A stretch of 63,801 nucleotides of DNA, filler included, from Octopus bimaculoides (Eukaryota): the NCBI RefSeq assembly GCF_001194135.2. It is 6 parts of 6 records of this genome, joined end to end, with 100 filler letters (N's around TTAATTAATTAA, not from the genome) between each part and the next. Parts side by side here need not be neighbours in the genome. Positions count along the whole stretch, not along the records: positions 24,200 to 50,582 come from NC_068985.1; 5 more parts are not named here. The stretch is one strand, 5' to 3'. Positions 29,741-44,258 of the stretch are shown piece by piece. The notes beneath the pieces were generated by a model, which did not search any database, was not told the origin of the DNA, and was given only the letters and a program-made list of their open reading frames with translations. Made by a program: the position numbers and the translations under genes. The first letter of the stretch is position 1; the number at the start of each line of letters is the position of its first letter.

Positions 29741-30687
29741 TGGATGCGCAACAGTTTTGATTTTACTGCTATTTCAATGGGATCAACATTCATATACGCT
29801 GCATCAGGCCGGCCTCCGTAACAATTAAATAAATTGAATCCGTACCTGATGAGTGTCTACTCATTTACACCCCAGTTCATGAGCAAGTAATTCAGTCGAT
29901 TTAACAACGGAATCGTCAATCTCCGTCGTTTAAATCCTACCTTGACACTCTACGTTTAACTCCAGTCTGAGAGAGGATGTAATCTTAAGATCCATACGTG
30001 TTCTAACCCACATAACCTCCACCACTCTTCACACCATACATAACTTTGTTTAGCACAAAATACTTTTCAGCTTGACAATCCTGAGATATACTATTTTCAC
30101 TTGGAGATATAAGAATTTCGAGCTGACACAAGTGTTTTGAGTAAGCTTCAGTTTACTGCAAACATCACAGTTCCTGAAAATAATTTGTCTTGGATTTTTC
30201 ATGCGATTCTACTAAAACCACAGAATCCATTCTTCTATTCGTTTCCAAAACCCACCTTGTTTATTTGACGAAAACGATATACGAAACAAAGTTGGACTAA
30301 TATTGGATGACATCATTATAATAGCGGTCACGTGTAATCTATAATATAGATGTCTGCTTCTTTGCCTGCTGTTTTACATCAGGTGATTGTTTCAGTCTAT
30401 TGTGAGAATGCAACCGAATTTGTAAATAGTGGTGTAAATCTAAATGTGGCCATATATTTAACACATTTCTCTATCAGGCAATGAATAAATGAGTTTCAGT
30501 AACGGCAATTAACCTGCAATTAATTATACCCAATACATCAATGAATATGTCAGGGTTGAATAGATATATGCAGTAAAGTTTGGAAAAAATTAATAATTTA
30601 TCTCAGAAGACAAATTTCTGCAATTTAATTAATTATTATGTAGCATTAAGCGTATGAAAAACATCACCCGTTTTCTCTAACTCTCAT

Positions 30688-30690
<3 letters not shown>

Positions 30691-30739
<49 letters not shown>

Positions 30740-30840
30740 CTCTCTCTCTCTCCCTCTCTCTCTCTCTCTTTCTCTCTCTCTCTTTCTCTCTCTTTCTCTG
30801 CTCTTTCTCTCTCTCTCTCTGCTCTTTCTCTCTGCTCTTT
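30691..30840. repeat. (CT)n microsatellite, degenerate
   Basis: Direct reading. Confidence 0.95.
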
Positions 30841-32899
30841 CTATTTATTCTTATCAATCTACCTATTTATGTATCCGCCACTTATCTATTCCTCAATCTG
30901 AGTGGTTTAAATACATGAACTACCAGAAGATAAATTCCCCACAGTATTATTCGCTTCAGCACTACGATGCAATAAAATATCCACAATGTTTAAACGCATA
31001 CAGACACAAGAAGGTACCAAAATATTGTAGCATTGACATGTTCCAGAAGGTTTACTTAATTGATAAACTAAGATGCTCATATTAAAGGATGGATTTTAAC
31101 TAATCATAAGTGTGGAATTAGAATGGTTTTGCTACTGTTGCGATATCACTGGAAGACTACGACTCCTTCGTATATTTCAAAACTTTTTTTCTAAATCATT
31201 CATATAACATTCGAGTCACGTTTTATCAAATGCCTGTCTCAGGGTAATAATAATATAAATATATATATATTCAACTAAATTTTTCGTCTCCATAAGTCCA
31301 TAATTGTTGATATTTATGTATATTTCAAAGTCATAAGGATGTTCAAAACATTAAAGTACCTAACGTACTGAACATATTTCTAAAGTTGCTGTACACATGT
31401 AACTTATAATGTGCTGAGAATTGAGTACTGAAGGTCGTCATCTCTCTTAAATGGTAATAGTGTTATACAATGAAATATCACCCATTCCACATTCTGTATT
31501 TACATATTTACCATTGTCATTGAGGATCGCTTCAAGCAAAGTTGAAGCTGTGATAACTTTAGTTATCCAATAAAATTTTCAATCTTGTAAGTTCGGATGA
31601 AATATGAAATATTACTCATATTTCTCCCGGACGCCTTTGCTCATTTCTCTATAATCAAGTTGCGCGTGTAGAAACGGGTGCCGCAATTCTGTTTTGCGCG
31701 TTTTGTGCCTGTTTTTGATTGCTTCACCTTATAAGTCGTAGAGAACAGCAGTTTGATTCACAACAGTATAATGGTGGAATATCTGTATACGGGTTCTTCA
31801 ATCGAGAAAGTTTCTTTAAAGTATATATCTGCAATATAGAAAGCGAAACATTTATTTGTCAAAGATGACACTGGGACTTGATAAAAAGCTACAACTATCA
31901 CAAGTTGAAGCAGACGAACGTTCTATAAATATAACCCTGTGTGAATGCGATGCGATGAGGAATGGTAGATCTACAAACTACATGCGAAAAACATCATATT
32001 CTCTGAAATGGTATTACGTAATTTTGATCTAATACAATGTAATTAGACCATAAAGTCGATGACATGAATTTCCAGAATATAATGGCAATATTTCCACTTA
32101 CATTGAAGAAAATCAGTTGATGTCTCTCGTGATATGATTTACCACTAAATTTTATCTATTTTTACATTCAACAGTGGTGCTACAGTGTTAATGTGTGCGT
32201 AAATCATCTTATTACAATCAAGTAATCAACTGTGAAAACAAAAGCAAATGCTATTTATTTTCACCTACTTGCAGGTGACATAATGACATTTACTATTTTT
32301 TCTTATCTCTCTGCACATTACCAATTAGACATGGATCAATAGTTTAATATAGTAACCATTCAGCCTTCATATTATCACTGCAATATACAGATAACGTATA
32401 CTTTACATATCATTGTCGCAACAGCTATCACAGACCGTTGATTTTTTTTTTAAAAGCAGGCAACACGTAGCACGTAATCAAAGAACTACTGAATGACTGA
32501 ATTGTATTAAATTTGTAGCATATTAGTAATTATTACGTTGGGGTCCTCCCGTATGCCATAAAAAAAAAAAACTATTCAAGACCAATTAATCAGGAAAACT
32601 TGAGGAGAATTACTTGCAAGTTTATTTGACGCGCTTTCTTAGACTTTTAAGCCTGTAAATTTTAGTTTGAAGTATTTAACATATTAAATGTGGTACGGTA
32701 TGTCAGATGTTACACAGAACAATTCTCAAACAATAATGTTATTTATAACATTTAGAATGAACCAATCTGATGATTGCACACAACACTTAATAGTGTGGGC
32801 GAAATTGGGTTTATAGCAGTGTAGAAATACCTAGAAATACAAACCTGTCACCTCTGCATTTCATTGTAGTTCTTGTGCATTGTCGGATCGTCCATTGCC

Positions 32900-33720
32900 A
32901 GGACTGGAGTACCATGCCTAGCAATCAACTTCCGGATGCGCCTCGTTCTGGGGACCCATGCCACAGCGAGGAACAATCGAAGAACAAAGGAAATCAATAG
33001 CAAGCATCAGTGGAACGCCATCAATGACTTCAAGAGGTTCAGAACATCTCTGAAAGCAGAGAAGATGCAAACATTTGCCGACCAACGAGACTTGCGCCGC
33101 TTTTATACCGCAACCAAAGAGATCTTCGGCCCCAAAAAGTCATCAGTGGGTGGGCTAAAGAATGCAGCTGGCTCTATGATAACCGACATCCAAAAAATCC
33201 TCGATCGCTGGAAGTCCCGTTTCAAGAGCCTACTTAACGACCACTCACGCACTGCTGACGATCTCCACCAAAACACCCCATAGCTCCCCATCTGCCATTG
33301 AATGTCGATGCTGCCTTCTTCTCGTGAATTCAAGAAGGCATTCGAGCGGATGAAGAAGGCAAAGCTCCAGGACCAGACAACATCACGTTCGAGTTTTTCT
33401 CGCACGTAAGTCCTGATTAGATAAATCATCTGAAGCTCCTTATCCTCAAGACTTATGAAAGCAAGATACTCCCGAACCACTGCCGCGATGCAACTATCAT
33501 CACCATCGATAACAAAGGAGACCGAAGGGATTCCAACAAATATCGGGGCATTTCACTCCTGAGTATAACGAGTAAGATCTTCGCCCGTATCCTACTCAAT
33601 CGACTCCTCATCTGGGCGGAAGTCGTCCTTCCTGAGTCCCAGTATGACTATCGACTCTCAGGAGGCACAATCAACCTGATCTTTGTGTGCCCATCAACTC
33701 CAGAAGTGTCAAAAAACAAC
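32900..33720 (+). mobile_element. RTE-clade (BovB-like) LINE ORF fragment, decayed
   Basis: ADQRDLRRFYTATKEIFGP, ILDRWKSRFKSLLN, KAPGPDNI, DATIITIDNKGDRRDSNKYRGISLLSITSKIFARILLNRL and LPESQ cover the linker and early RT domains, with stops and frameshifts. Confidence 0.92.
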
Positions 33721-34351
33721 AGCCTGCAGATTTGTAGAGAAAATATTTATTATACTGTTAGGGAAGTAGCTTCGAAATGCTAGCCTGTTAACCTTCACTG
33801 ACCTGGGATTGTATTTTCTCTGGTATGCATTTTCCCTGTAGTTGGTGGAGCTTTGATGAATAAAGTTTAGATTGAAGTGTGGCTTCTCGTAGAAAACTAT
33901 TGTTTAACGTTGAAAGTTTAATACTGTTCAGTGTTTAGTTAGCGTGTAAAATTTCAAGCTCACCTGTGCTTATATAAGTGCATTAGCTTCAGGTTGCGGG
34001 ATTGATTTTCAGGGTTCAATAAATAATGTAGGTCGATTAAATGTGTAGTTGGGCAGCAGATGTCTAGCTGCCGCTGAAGTGACGTTGATGTTATTTAAAC
34101 ACTATTTATTATATTAAACCTGTTTTTGTTGGTATAGTAGAAATATTTTTTTCATAGTTCAGTCATGAGTGTAAACGTTTGTTTACAGGTGTGTCTATTT
34201 AGATGTTTCAGTTTCAGGCCATCATATTGTGATATAGAAATTTGCTTATCGTGTGATCTAGGGTTCTTTAGTTCACCAAAGAATGTAAGTAAATACATTA
34301 GGAGACCAGTTGAGGTGTATTTGGTGCTTAGGTGTTGTGGATGCAATTGAT

Positions 34352-34356
<5 letters not shown>

Positions 34357-34408
<52 letters not shown>
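34357..34408. repeat. (TG)n microsatellite
   Basis: Direct reading. Confidence 0.97.
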
Positions 34409-34413
<5 letters not shown>

Positions 34414-37400
34414 GTACAGATGGAAACGTCGATGTATTGAAACATACCAATACTGTTTGCCAACCAGTGGTGGGCGACACAAAGAAACGCACACATAGAT
34501 ACATACAAACATACATACATATATACATACATACATGCATGCATACATACATATATACATACATTCATACATACATTCATACATACATACATACGTACAC
34601 ACACACATACATACAGACATACATACGTCATACAAATATACACATGCGTACAAACACACACTCACACACACATAGACCCACGTCTGCGCCCACGTGAAGC
34701 ACCTTTCTTTATATTATAATTTTCTTTTTAAATTCCTTTTGCTACAAAACTCTTCCGATATCTTCCCTCTTGAAACTTACACGAACGTGTCTACGCGCGC
34801 ACACACATATCCACATGTACACGAAATTGAATATACTTCCCATCACTGTAAAAAAAACCCAACAAGTATGGCGTTTCTGTCTATGTGCACTACTTTACGC
34901 ACGTAGGCTACTATACTCACCACGTAAGCCCTATACTCACCAAGCGCATCAGTCTGTCTATTTCTCTCTCAAGCCAATACTCTTACTCTCTTACTACTCA
35001 CTGCTACTTTTCTATCTCAACTTGTACCTACCCTAGGTTTTAGAAAGTATAATATTTCAAACTTCCAGCCTACCTGACCCTACAACGTTTGCTTGTTGCA
35101 TTCAGTTATGCAAATTCTAATGTACATGTCAATTATTATCGACATCCTGCAAGAACTTCATCCTCTCTCACCCTCGCCCTTTTTATTTGTTTCTTCTCTC
35201 TGTCTCTCTCTCTCTCTTTCCCGATTTCTCTCCTTCGTGTTAAGGACCACCGGTGTTGTTAGCCTACAGCTATACCCACTGTTAATTCATTGCTCCTACT
35301 CTTATCTAATATCTGTAGCCTTGGAAAAATACGTCGACAAATGAGATCTCACTTTAGACATTACCAAGAATTCGAACGAGTACGATATGCTGATCTCTTT
35401 TCGAAACATCCAGCATTCGAGACCAAACCATCTCTCAACTTTTGGATGGGCAGTTTCTTCTCAGATCACACCTGATGCCGCTACAGTTGACGGATATGTA
35501 TCTACCCCTCATTCTATCTAGTCCTGCATGCTCAGGGTCTTGATGTATTCTCACTCTCGTCTTGATATACACAAATGATTTACCTAGAACCGCATTCATC
35601 ACTCTCATTATTACACACCGGACACTACACGTCATTCTTTGTCTTATATATTCTATTTTTTATTCCAGGCACCAAATCAAATCTGAATACATCAGTAGAG
35701 AAACCTTTTACTATTTGCAATACGACCATCTTGTACCGGCAGATATCCCTATTCTACTCAGGTTCCACATAATTTTACATTAAAAATCATTGTCCCACCA
35801 CAAAATAGTATTTAACCTTAACATTAATATGTATTGATGCGGCGTTACTTATGGAGCTGCTGCCATTATCAATCATTATGCAAAACCTGAATTCACTAAA
35901 TGTTTTCCATTCCTCCATATTATATACCTTTATACATTTGTACAGTATGTCTTTGAATATCATTCTGTTCAGAAGATTAATTCAGNNNNNNNNNNNNNNN
36001 NNNNNNNNNNNNNNNNNNNNNNNNNNNNNNNNNNNNNNNNNNNNNNNNNNNNNNNNNNNNNNNNNNNNNNNNNNNNNNNNNNNNNNNNNNNNNNNNNNNN
36101 NNNNNNNNNNNNNNNNNNNNNNNNNNNNNNNNNNNNNNNNNNNNNNNNNNNNNNNNNNNNNNNNNNNNNNNNNNNNNNNNNNNNNNNNNNNNNNNNNNNN
36201 NNNNNNNNNNNNNNNNNNNNNNNNNNNNNNNNNNNNNNNNNNNNNNNNNNNNNNNNNNNNNNNNNNNNNNNNNNNNNNNNNNNNNNNNNNNNNNNNNNNN
36301 NNNNNNNNNNNNNNNNNNNNNNNNNNNNNNNNNNNNNNNNNNNNNNNNNNNNNNNNNNNNNNNNNNNNNNNNNNNNNNNNNNNNNNNNNNNNNNNNNNNN
36401 NNNNNNNNCATATATATATATATATATATATATATATCTTCATATATATATATATGTATACATACATACACACACATGATCTTGGAGCCTAAAATGATTT
36501 CAACAAAGGTGTAGGAATTTACAGATGTAAATTTTATGTTTGTGGTTTAGTGGCCCTACTAATTCCCTGTGTTCCCGAAAGAGTTAAAGTACTGACAACA
36601 TGATTTGCAGTTATAACAGTATCTGCGTTGCTGCTTTTTGTAGCTAGCTCTCTCTCACTCTCTCTCTCTCTCTCTCTCTTTCTCTCTGACTGCAACTTCA
36701 AAGCATTCACTCATTGGCAGCAAGAATTACAGTAGGAAGAGTTATATACAGCAGCTTTTATTAGCTCTGCTACAATCTATATTCTTCAAACGGTTACTTT
36801 CTGACATGACAAGATTTACAGGCTTACCGTTTATATTTAGTAGCTATTACAGCACAGTGTCAAATGTTGAGCAAAACGATTAAGAAACGAAATAACCGTA
36901 TCTCACATAAACAAATAGAGATCAAATAATATGATACAAAGTATGTATCATACCAATAAACTATTCATTCCTGACAGGTAATAGATGAAATTCCAATTAA
37001 ATGAAGTTGTGGATTTGAAAGGGAAACTTAGAAAATGACCTGCAAAGGAATGCAGGAATATGAACTGTCACTATTTTGGTTAGCAACATTTTGACGCATC
37101 TATCCAGTTCGCTGTATGTACACAAACACACACACACACGCACACACACTCATAAATACATACACACTCATATATAAATATATATTTATATTATACATAT
37201 CTAGTTATATTTTATACATATGCGTGTGTCCATATGTAGGAATATGTGTATGTGTTAGTTAAATGTTGTGTTCGTTTCCTCCTTATATTTTTAGGTTATA
37301 TAATTGGATGAAGAAACTTTGGGGTCTGAGTTATGACTTTTCTAGTTAGCTAAATGATGTAGGTTTAATTTGTAGCGCAGACGCACAAACAGACATGCAC

Positions 37401-37907
37401 ACACATATATGCATGCACGGACACACACTAATACACACAGCCTCACACATGAACACATAGGTTCACTGAAAGGAGGATGTGAGTGGATGTGGGATTGTTC
37501 TTAAATTCTCTGTCGATCTCCTGTGTATAATTTACACTTGCTCATTGCATCGTGTCTGTTTTATAGTTACAATTTTACAATTTATATATCGCACATACAT
37601 TCTGTGATGTTCTCATCTACACCTACATTCCGTGCACCTGTCCTTTTCTTCAGAACAAATATCATGAACAATATGATTGCCATTCTATCCGTTCTATTCT
37701 TACATTCAAAACCGCAACTATCAATTTTAGTATCGTGCCATATAAGTTTGTTCTAAAAAAACATACTATGACATGGCTTTCATAGATATTCCGCGACAGA
37801 AGAGATTGATGACAGCTTAAGATGTTCTAAGAATGTGGCGAAGTTCGATGAAAAATGGTCACTCGTAGGTAATAAAGGGTTCTGATGCCAATATATGTGT
37901 GACAAAA

Positions 37908-38138
37908 AGCGGGTGAGCTGGCAGAAACTTTAGTGCGCCGGGAGAATAGCATAGCGGTATTTCGTGTGCCATTACGTTCTGAGTTCAAATTCCGCCGAGG
38001 TCGACTTTGCCTTTCATCCTTTCGGTGTCGATAAATTACGAACCAGTTCCGTACTGGGGTCGATGTAATCGATTTAAATCCCTTGCCTGTCCTTGTTTGT
38101 CCCCTCTATGTTTAGTTCCTTTTGCGCAATAAAGAAAT
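37908..38138 (+). mobile_element. tRNA-derived SINE family A, full-length
   Basis: A-box-like TGGCAGAAACTTTAG, B box GAGTTCAAATTCC, body gtcgactttgcctttcatcc, and tail tgtccttgtttgtcccctctatgtttag...aataaagaaat. Confidence 0.9.
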
Positions 38139-38757
38139 CAATATACATGTGATAGATAGATAGATAGATAGATAGATAGCTAGATAGATAGATAGATAGA
38201 CAGAAAGAGAGATAGACATACTTACATACATATATACATACATACATGCATGCATACATATATATATACATACATACATACATGCATACATACATACATA
38301 CACACATACCTGCATAGACACATACGTACAGACAGACTAACAGACAGACAGGCAAACATAGATAGATAGATAGATAGATACACCAAGCTAATATATACGA
38401 ATACATGTATATATCTATGTGCCACATTATGTGTGTGCATGTCTGTGTGTGAAAAGATGATTGTCTTTTCATCTCCAATAATTTGAGAATGAAACCATAG
38501 TCGGTGAATTTTCCATACATCTAAAACTATATTGACATTTACCTTGAAAACTGCACTAAATGCCCGAGTTCGGAACAAGTGTGTACCATATCTACTGCAA
38601 GGTTAAAATCGAAGACGCTATAACACCGAAGAGGAGAAAGGAGAAAGAAGAGAGTGAGAGAGAGAGAGAGAGCGAGAGAGAGAGAGAGAGGGAGAGCGNN
38701 NNNNNNNNNNNNNNNNNNNNNNNNNNNNNNNNNNNNNNNNNNNNNNNNNNNNNNNNN

Positions 38758-38808
<51 letters not shown>

Positions 38809-40034
38809 CATTCTGAAGGAAAGAGAGGAATGTAGTTCATCAAAGGAGAAATACAATGGCTGCAGTGGCGTTTGCACTTAATTGATCACTCCCTCAATAA
38901 ATAGCGTTTAGGAGTCTAGCGATCCTGAATGTACACAGTATATTTATCATACTTACAGTCAACAGAGCAACAATGATTGGATACAAGCAAGAAATTATAT
39001 CTGGTTATTAATTGAGAGCTAAATCCATACTGCATTGTTGTATAGCAATCAATCAAAATTAAACAGGACCACATGGCTCTTTCCCATTTCTCCACGAAAT
39101 AACATTTAGTATTCTCTATGAAATCTGAACTAATAGGAACTGGGTTGTAAATTCAAATATTTATTCTGCGTAGGATGAATCAAGATATGGTTGAAAGCAC
39201 AGTCAGGCAATTATTTATGGCTAAATTAAAGTCGAATGAAATGTTTTATTGAGTTGTCTGTTGAAGTTGATATTTGTATGCATTTGTATATAAATGAATA
39301 TTATTTGGAGAGAGACGGAGTGGAAGTAGGAGAGAGGGAGAAAAAGAGAGACAGACAAATGGTGAAGTACTAGAGCTCATATTATGTTTGTAATTTCTGA
39401 AGAAACTATTGACTTTTAAAACTTTATTATCAAAATAGAATTTAAAAAACTGAAAACATACGAACGTGTGCGTATAAACAATATGACAGGAAGAAATAGA
39501 CGTACACATATGAGGATAGGTAATTGTTTGCGTAAATACGCTCATACACTTATATAGGGATATACATGAGTGTGTGCGACTTTGTAGTATGAAAGAAATG
39601 TCCATGTGTAATACAGGTAAGCACACACACACGTGCACACTAAAACATGTATATCAATCTGTTTCTCTAATTCTCCCTCGCTCACCGTTTTCAATCTCAT
39701 TCCAGACTATTTGGATATTGATTGATAAGTCATCCATAAAGATATGAATGATAACATGCGGTTAATCCATTTCTTTAATCTATTCACTAATTAGCTGCAA
39801 ATGTTTTCTAGCAAATCTGTTATATGATGTACATAAATGAATCGCGGGTGGCCCATTATTATACGAATAATTAAAAAAAATATGCGCGTGCACACACACA
39901 CACTCACACACAACAAAAATACGGATAGAGAAAATCACATCATTAGGTGTTGAATTCACTATACAATGCAGACGATCGTTTCTATTGCATCAATATATAT
40001 TTAGATAAAAAAAAATACCATTTTAATATATACA

Positions 40035-40256
40035 AAGGCGATTTGGCAGAACCGTTAGCACACCGGGCGAAATGCTTAGCGCTATTTCGTCTGCCGTTAC
40101 GTTCTGAGTGAAAATTCCGCCGCGGTCGACATTGCCTTTCAACCTTTCCGTGTCGATTATATAAGTACCAGTTATGCACTGGGGTCGATGCAATCAACTT
40201 AATCGCTAAGTTTGTCCTCTCTATATTTAGCCCTTTGCGGGCAATAAAGAAATAAA
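40035..40256 (+). mobile_element. SINE family A, full-length diverged copy
   Basis: Co-linear with 37908-38138. Confidence 0.9.
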
Positions 40257-41814
40257 TATATACAAAGATACATGTTAAAACTAGATTTTCAAGGTGATCC
40301 AAAATTATGTAAATTCAAAGTAAACAAAGGAAATATTTCCAGTACACGAACGCATACAAAAAGAACGTTAAGAAAAATACCATGGAAGAAAAATAATTTT
40401 TATTCAAGTCTTGGTGACATCAGTGCATGAGGAAAGAATAACAAATACACATATGAATTCTACGTTACGACAATTAGAAATATAGACATTTTGCGTCTCG
40501 ACAATTAGTTAACCGTTTAGTAAATATAGTAAATACTTTTAGAAAAAAATATCTTCATTATAAAGTATATGAAAAAGCAGTAACGATTATTAGTTACACC
40601 AACGTACAATGTTCGTAATTTTAGATATGACCTTTGCTTTGAAGAAATGCATATAATTACTTCTAAATTAATATAATTAAATATTAATGGTAATTTTCCA
40701 AGGAAAATATCGTCACAAATTTTGAAAGGCATTAAAATTATTTCAATTATTAATTCTAATTGCATTTAACATTATTTTTATGAGTATCTACAATGGAACA
40801 AAGCACACCTAAATACATATATTTTGGTGACCTCCAACATGTTTTGATGGCCTCTAAAATATTTTGGTGACCTCTCAAATGTCGCGTCTTAATATAATAG
40901 TTTCGCAGTATTCCCACAATTCCACTGTGAGATTTATCCACGGTATGATATAAGTAAGGAGTGAGAATAAAATGTACAGCTTGGCTGTTAGTCAGTTTGC
41001 ATCTATCGGCCTCTAATGCAGTGGCTTCATTACACTCACAACGCAACGCCAGTTTCGGTGTATTTAAGAATTATATAACGATTGGTTGCCGAATATAGAA
41101 ACCACGGCGTCATTCTACTTCAAATTTCTCAATAGATGGGTGCCAGCTTGAGTGTTTGTGTGTGTGTGAGTGTGAACGTCAACATGGTGCCGTAATAAAA
41201 ATAGCCATAACCATAAAGTTATTGCCAAAGCATTAAGCTGTATTGCCAAAGCATTAAGATGGTATATATAATTTGAAATGACTTATGAAGTAATCGAAAG
41301 ATGGTATCAACACCAATCGTAATGTGAGACATACATGCATACTTTTACATATGTTCAATACTAGAGATTTGCTTGTCAGTTGCTTAACCATAACCAGTTG
41401 ACCGTGTTATTTGGTGGCTGACAATATGTGCATCTCTGATCACGAGTGGAAGTAAAGGAGGAGCATTATAGTCATGTGTTGAGAGGAATTATTTCCGGTT
41501 TGAATAATTCATCTCTGGAAATATGGGTGTTTCGTAATTCATCATTAAAGAAATCTTATTTAAGGACCTTTTCAGCTTGAAGAAAATTCTAACTGGGCCC
41601 CACCTAAATGCACTATATATCTTGATATGAGATCACCATGTCGCACGCACGATTGTGATGCATGTACCTGGTTGTCATAATAAGTTTACTGGGTTTCTTA
41701 TAGTTTACCCACGTCGCACTGTGATGGCATGCGCTGCTTTCTGACTGAATAACAACAAAAACAGCAGCAGCAGCAACAACAACAACAACGATAATAGTAA
41801 TAATAAAAATAATG

Positions 41815-41854
<40 letters not shown>

Positions 41855-41855
<1 letters not shown>

Positions 41856-42070
41856 TGAAATAGGAAGAATTTGGAGCATGCGGACCGTAAATGTCCTGCC
41901 TGTAATACATTGTTCCATTGGGAACGGTAAGCCAAGATATAAACAAATAGCTGAAAGAGATTGGAATAGAATGCCCGGCAAAGCTCCTACGAAAGATTTA
42001 TCTCTTAGGGTCATCAAGTATCATGACTGGAGTAACTAGTGGATACCTAAACTCACAAGTAGAAACCCGC
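41855..42070 (+). mobile_element. 5'-truncated R4/Dong-like (REL-endonuclease) LINE 3' end inside a (TAA)n tract
   Basis: EIGRIWSMRTVNVLPVIHCSIG...RMPGK resembles the C-terminal EI.R.W....V.V.PVVIGALG region of REL LINEs. Long (AAT)n runs abut both ends. Confidence 0.55.
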
Positions 42071-42163
<93 letters not shown>

Positions 42164-42194
42164 AAGAAGAAGAAGAAGAAGAAGAAGAAGAAGA
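42071..42194. repeat. Compound (AAT)n(AAG)n microsatellite
   Basis: Direct reading. Confidence 0.97.
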
Positions 42195-42638
42195 ATGAAA
42201 GCAGTAGTAGTAGTAACGGTGGTCATATAGTCACAACAAATAATAAAAGAAGACGTTGGTCCGGACAGCTTATATATATAGTTTCGAAATTTAGCTTTTA
42301 ATGAGTGAAAACAAGTTTGATATTTATTCCTATTATCGTCTACAGAGTTGTTGCAGGCAATTCTTTTGCCTGTAAATGTGACATAAATAACGGTGAAAAG
42401 TGATCTACTAATGTATTTATGTTTTTTGTTTTACTTGTTTTTGAGTTACATTTGTTATTTTTGTTCTTTAGTAAATCAATAATCAGCTAAAATTTAGTTT
42501 CAGTCAAACATTAATTTACTTAATGTGACTAAACTAAACGCAAATACATACTGACAAACTTACACGCAGGTAAATATTCACAAACATGCAAACTTGGACA
42601 CTTATGCGATGTATCTATCTATCTATCTNNNNNNNNNN

Positions 42639-42673
<35 letters not shown>

Positions 42674-43621
42674 TATATATATACATATGTATATATATGT
42701 ATATATATGTGGGTATATATAAATATATGTATGTATATGTTTGTATACATAGATTTATATGTATGTATGTATACATGTGCACGTGTATACAGACACATTC
42801 GGGCATACACATGCAAACACGCACACACATATACATACGTACATGCCCATATCAAAAAGATACAAAATCTGACAATACACATAGCAATTAAGCAATAATG
42901 ACATAGACCAATTTCCTATTAATAAATTGAAATAATCTTCACATAATTATACACTCAAGAAAAAAAAAATCTTTTTAAAGCAACGAAAAATAAAAACCAG
43001 AAATTATAAAAAAAAAAAGCAAATAAAAAAACACGAAGACAAACATTCAGTTAAAATTCTTCTGTAATTACTCGTATAGCCGGGAAATTATTTTATATTT
43101 TCGGCAATAACTTAGAATAAATTTAGTAGCGAAATATTGGAAAACACTTTAAAAACTATTTAGAGAATCATCTATCAGACATAAAATGAAATGTGTTACA
43201 AATAAAAACATCAGAAATCAAATATGCTATGATCACTTTTCTTAATGTAATGTGTTGTATATAGCTAGTTTTATAAACATGTAAAATACAGAAAATAAAA
43301 ATAACATGAACTGAATTAGTCTTAAGACGGCATTAACCTCACTTGTTGCTCGCTATTGAAATTAGTGAATCATAAATACTTCATATCTTGCAATATATAT
43401 ATAAATGCAAAATCATATTTAAAACGCTAATGTATATAGTCCAAAGTGAGAACACCTTTTGCGCTCGAAATAGACTCTATGTGTGTGAACACATGATTGA
43501 TGGCATTTCTGCAGCGAAAGTGTTTTCCATGTCCAAGAGTACATAAACATGTTATATCAATCAGTACCATATATATTTTATTCAGAACAACATGGATTCC
43601 CTGTAGTTAAGTAGTTGTACC

Positions 43622-43830
43622 TTGAAAACTGTTTCGTGCATTAGCAAATGTGATATTTGTTGCCTTTATTGTGTTGAGTCAAGGGTTTTCTTATATATTG
43701 GTCAGACAATTGCTTTAATCGTCAGGTTACAACAAAAGCAGAGAAGCATTGAACGTAGAGGTCATCGTACTGCAACGTCTGAAGCGATCTTTGTGACAGA
43801 TATTTATCCCACTCTGATGCCAGTGATTTT
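43622..43830 (+). mobile_element. Probable decayed GIY-YIG endonuclease of a Penelope-like element
   Basis: CISKCDICCLYC...LYIGQT...RLQQKQRSI fits the PLE EN pattern C.S.N.IY.I.C...YIGQT...R..H..SI, but the first GIY and the His are degenerate. Confidence 0.45.
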
Positions 43831-44258
43831 CCTTCGAGCATCACTAGAGCTTCCGACTTGCCTTAGGTTATGAAGTGTCGCTAGCGCAGGAAGTAAACTT
43901 TGGTTCTGAACAACTGATAATCCGAAAGATCTAGGTCCTTCAGGCAGTTCAAGACGATGACCTCTACGTCGAATGCTATACTGCTTTTGATATAACTCGA
44001 CGAATACAGTAAATAATTTGACAAAATCTTGCAAAACCTTTCACTGAAAACAATATAAGTGAAAACAGCTATTTGTTGAGGACAATGAGCAAATGATTTG
44101 TCATTCGTAGGTGACTAAGTGTATATATAAGAAACGCATGCGCTGTACGTTTTAATGACATCAATAATATATTAACAATATTTTTTTCACAAATATTGAA
44201 TCTGTGCAGAATTTACCGTTATTAGACGGATATTTGTCCTAATCTTGTTTGTTGTTAG

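Noticed and set aside
37908-37995. tRNA gene
   Set aside because: A and B boxes are present but they belong to a SINE head that continues into a repeat body. There is no cloverleaf.
38543-38594. 52-nt minus-strand exon-like segment with good splice sites (ttgcAG ... AAG|GTAAAT)
   Set aside because: It is isolated, with no partner exon or recognisable peptide, so it cannot be supported without RNA data.
39966-40000. Minus-strand GAAACGATCGTC resembling a hammerhead stem III
   Set aside because: The upstream core reads TTGATGC with no stem II and stem I does not pair. At best it is an unrecognisable relic.
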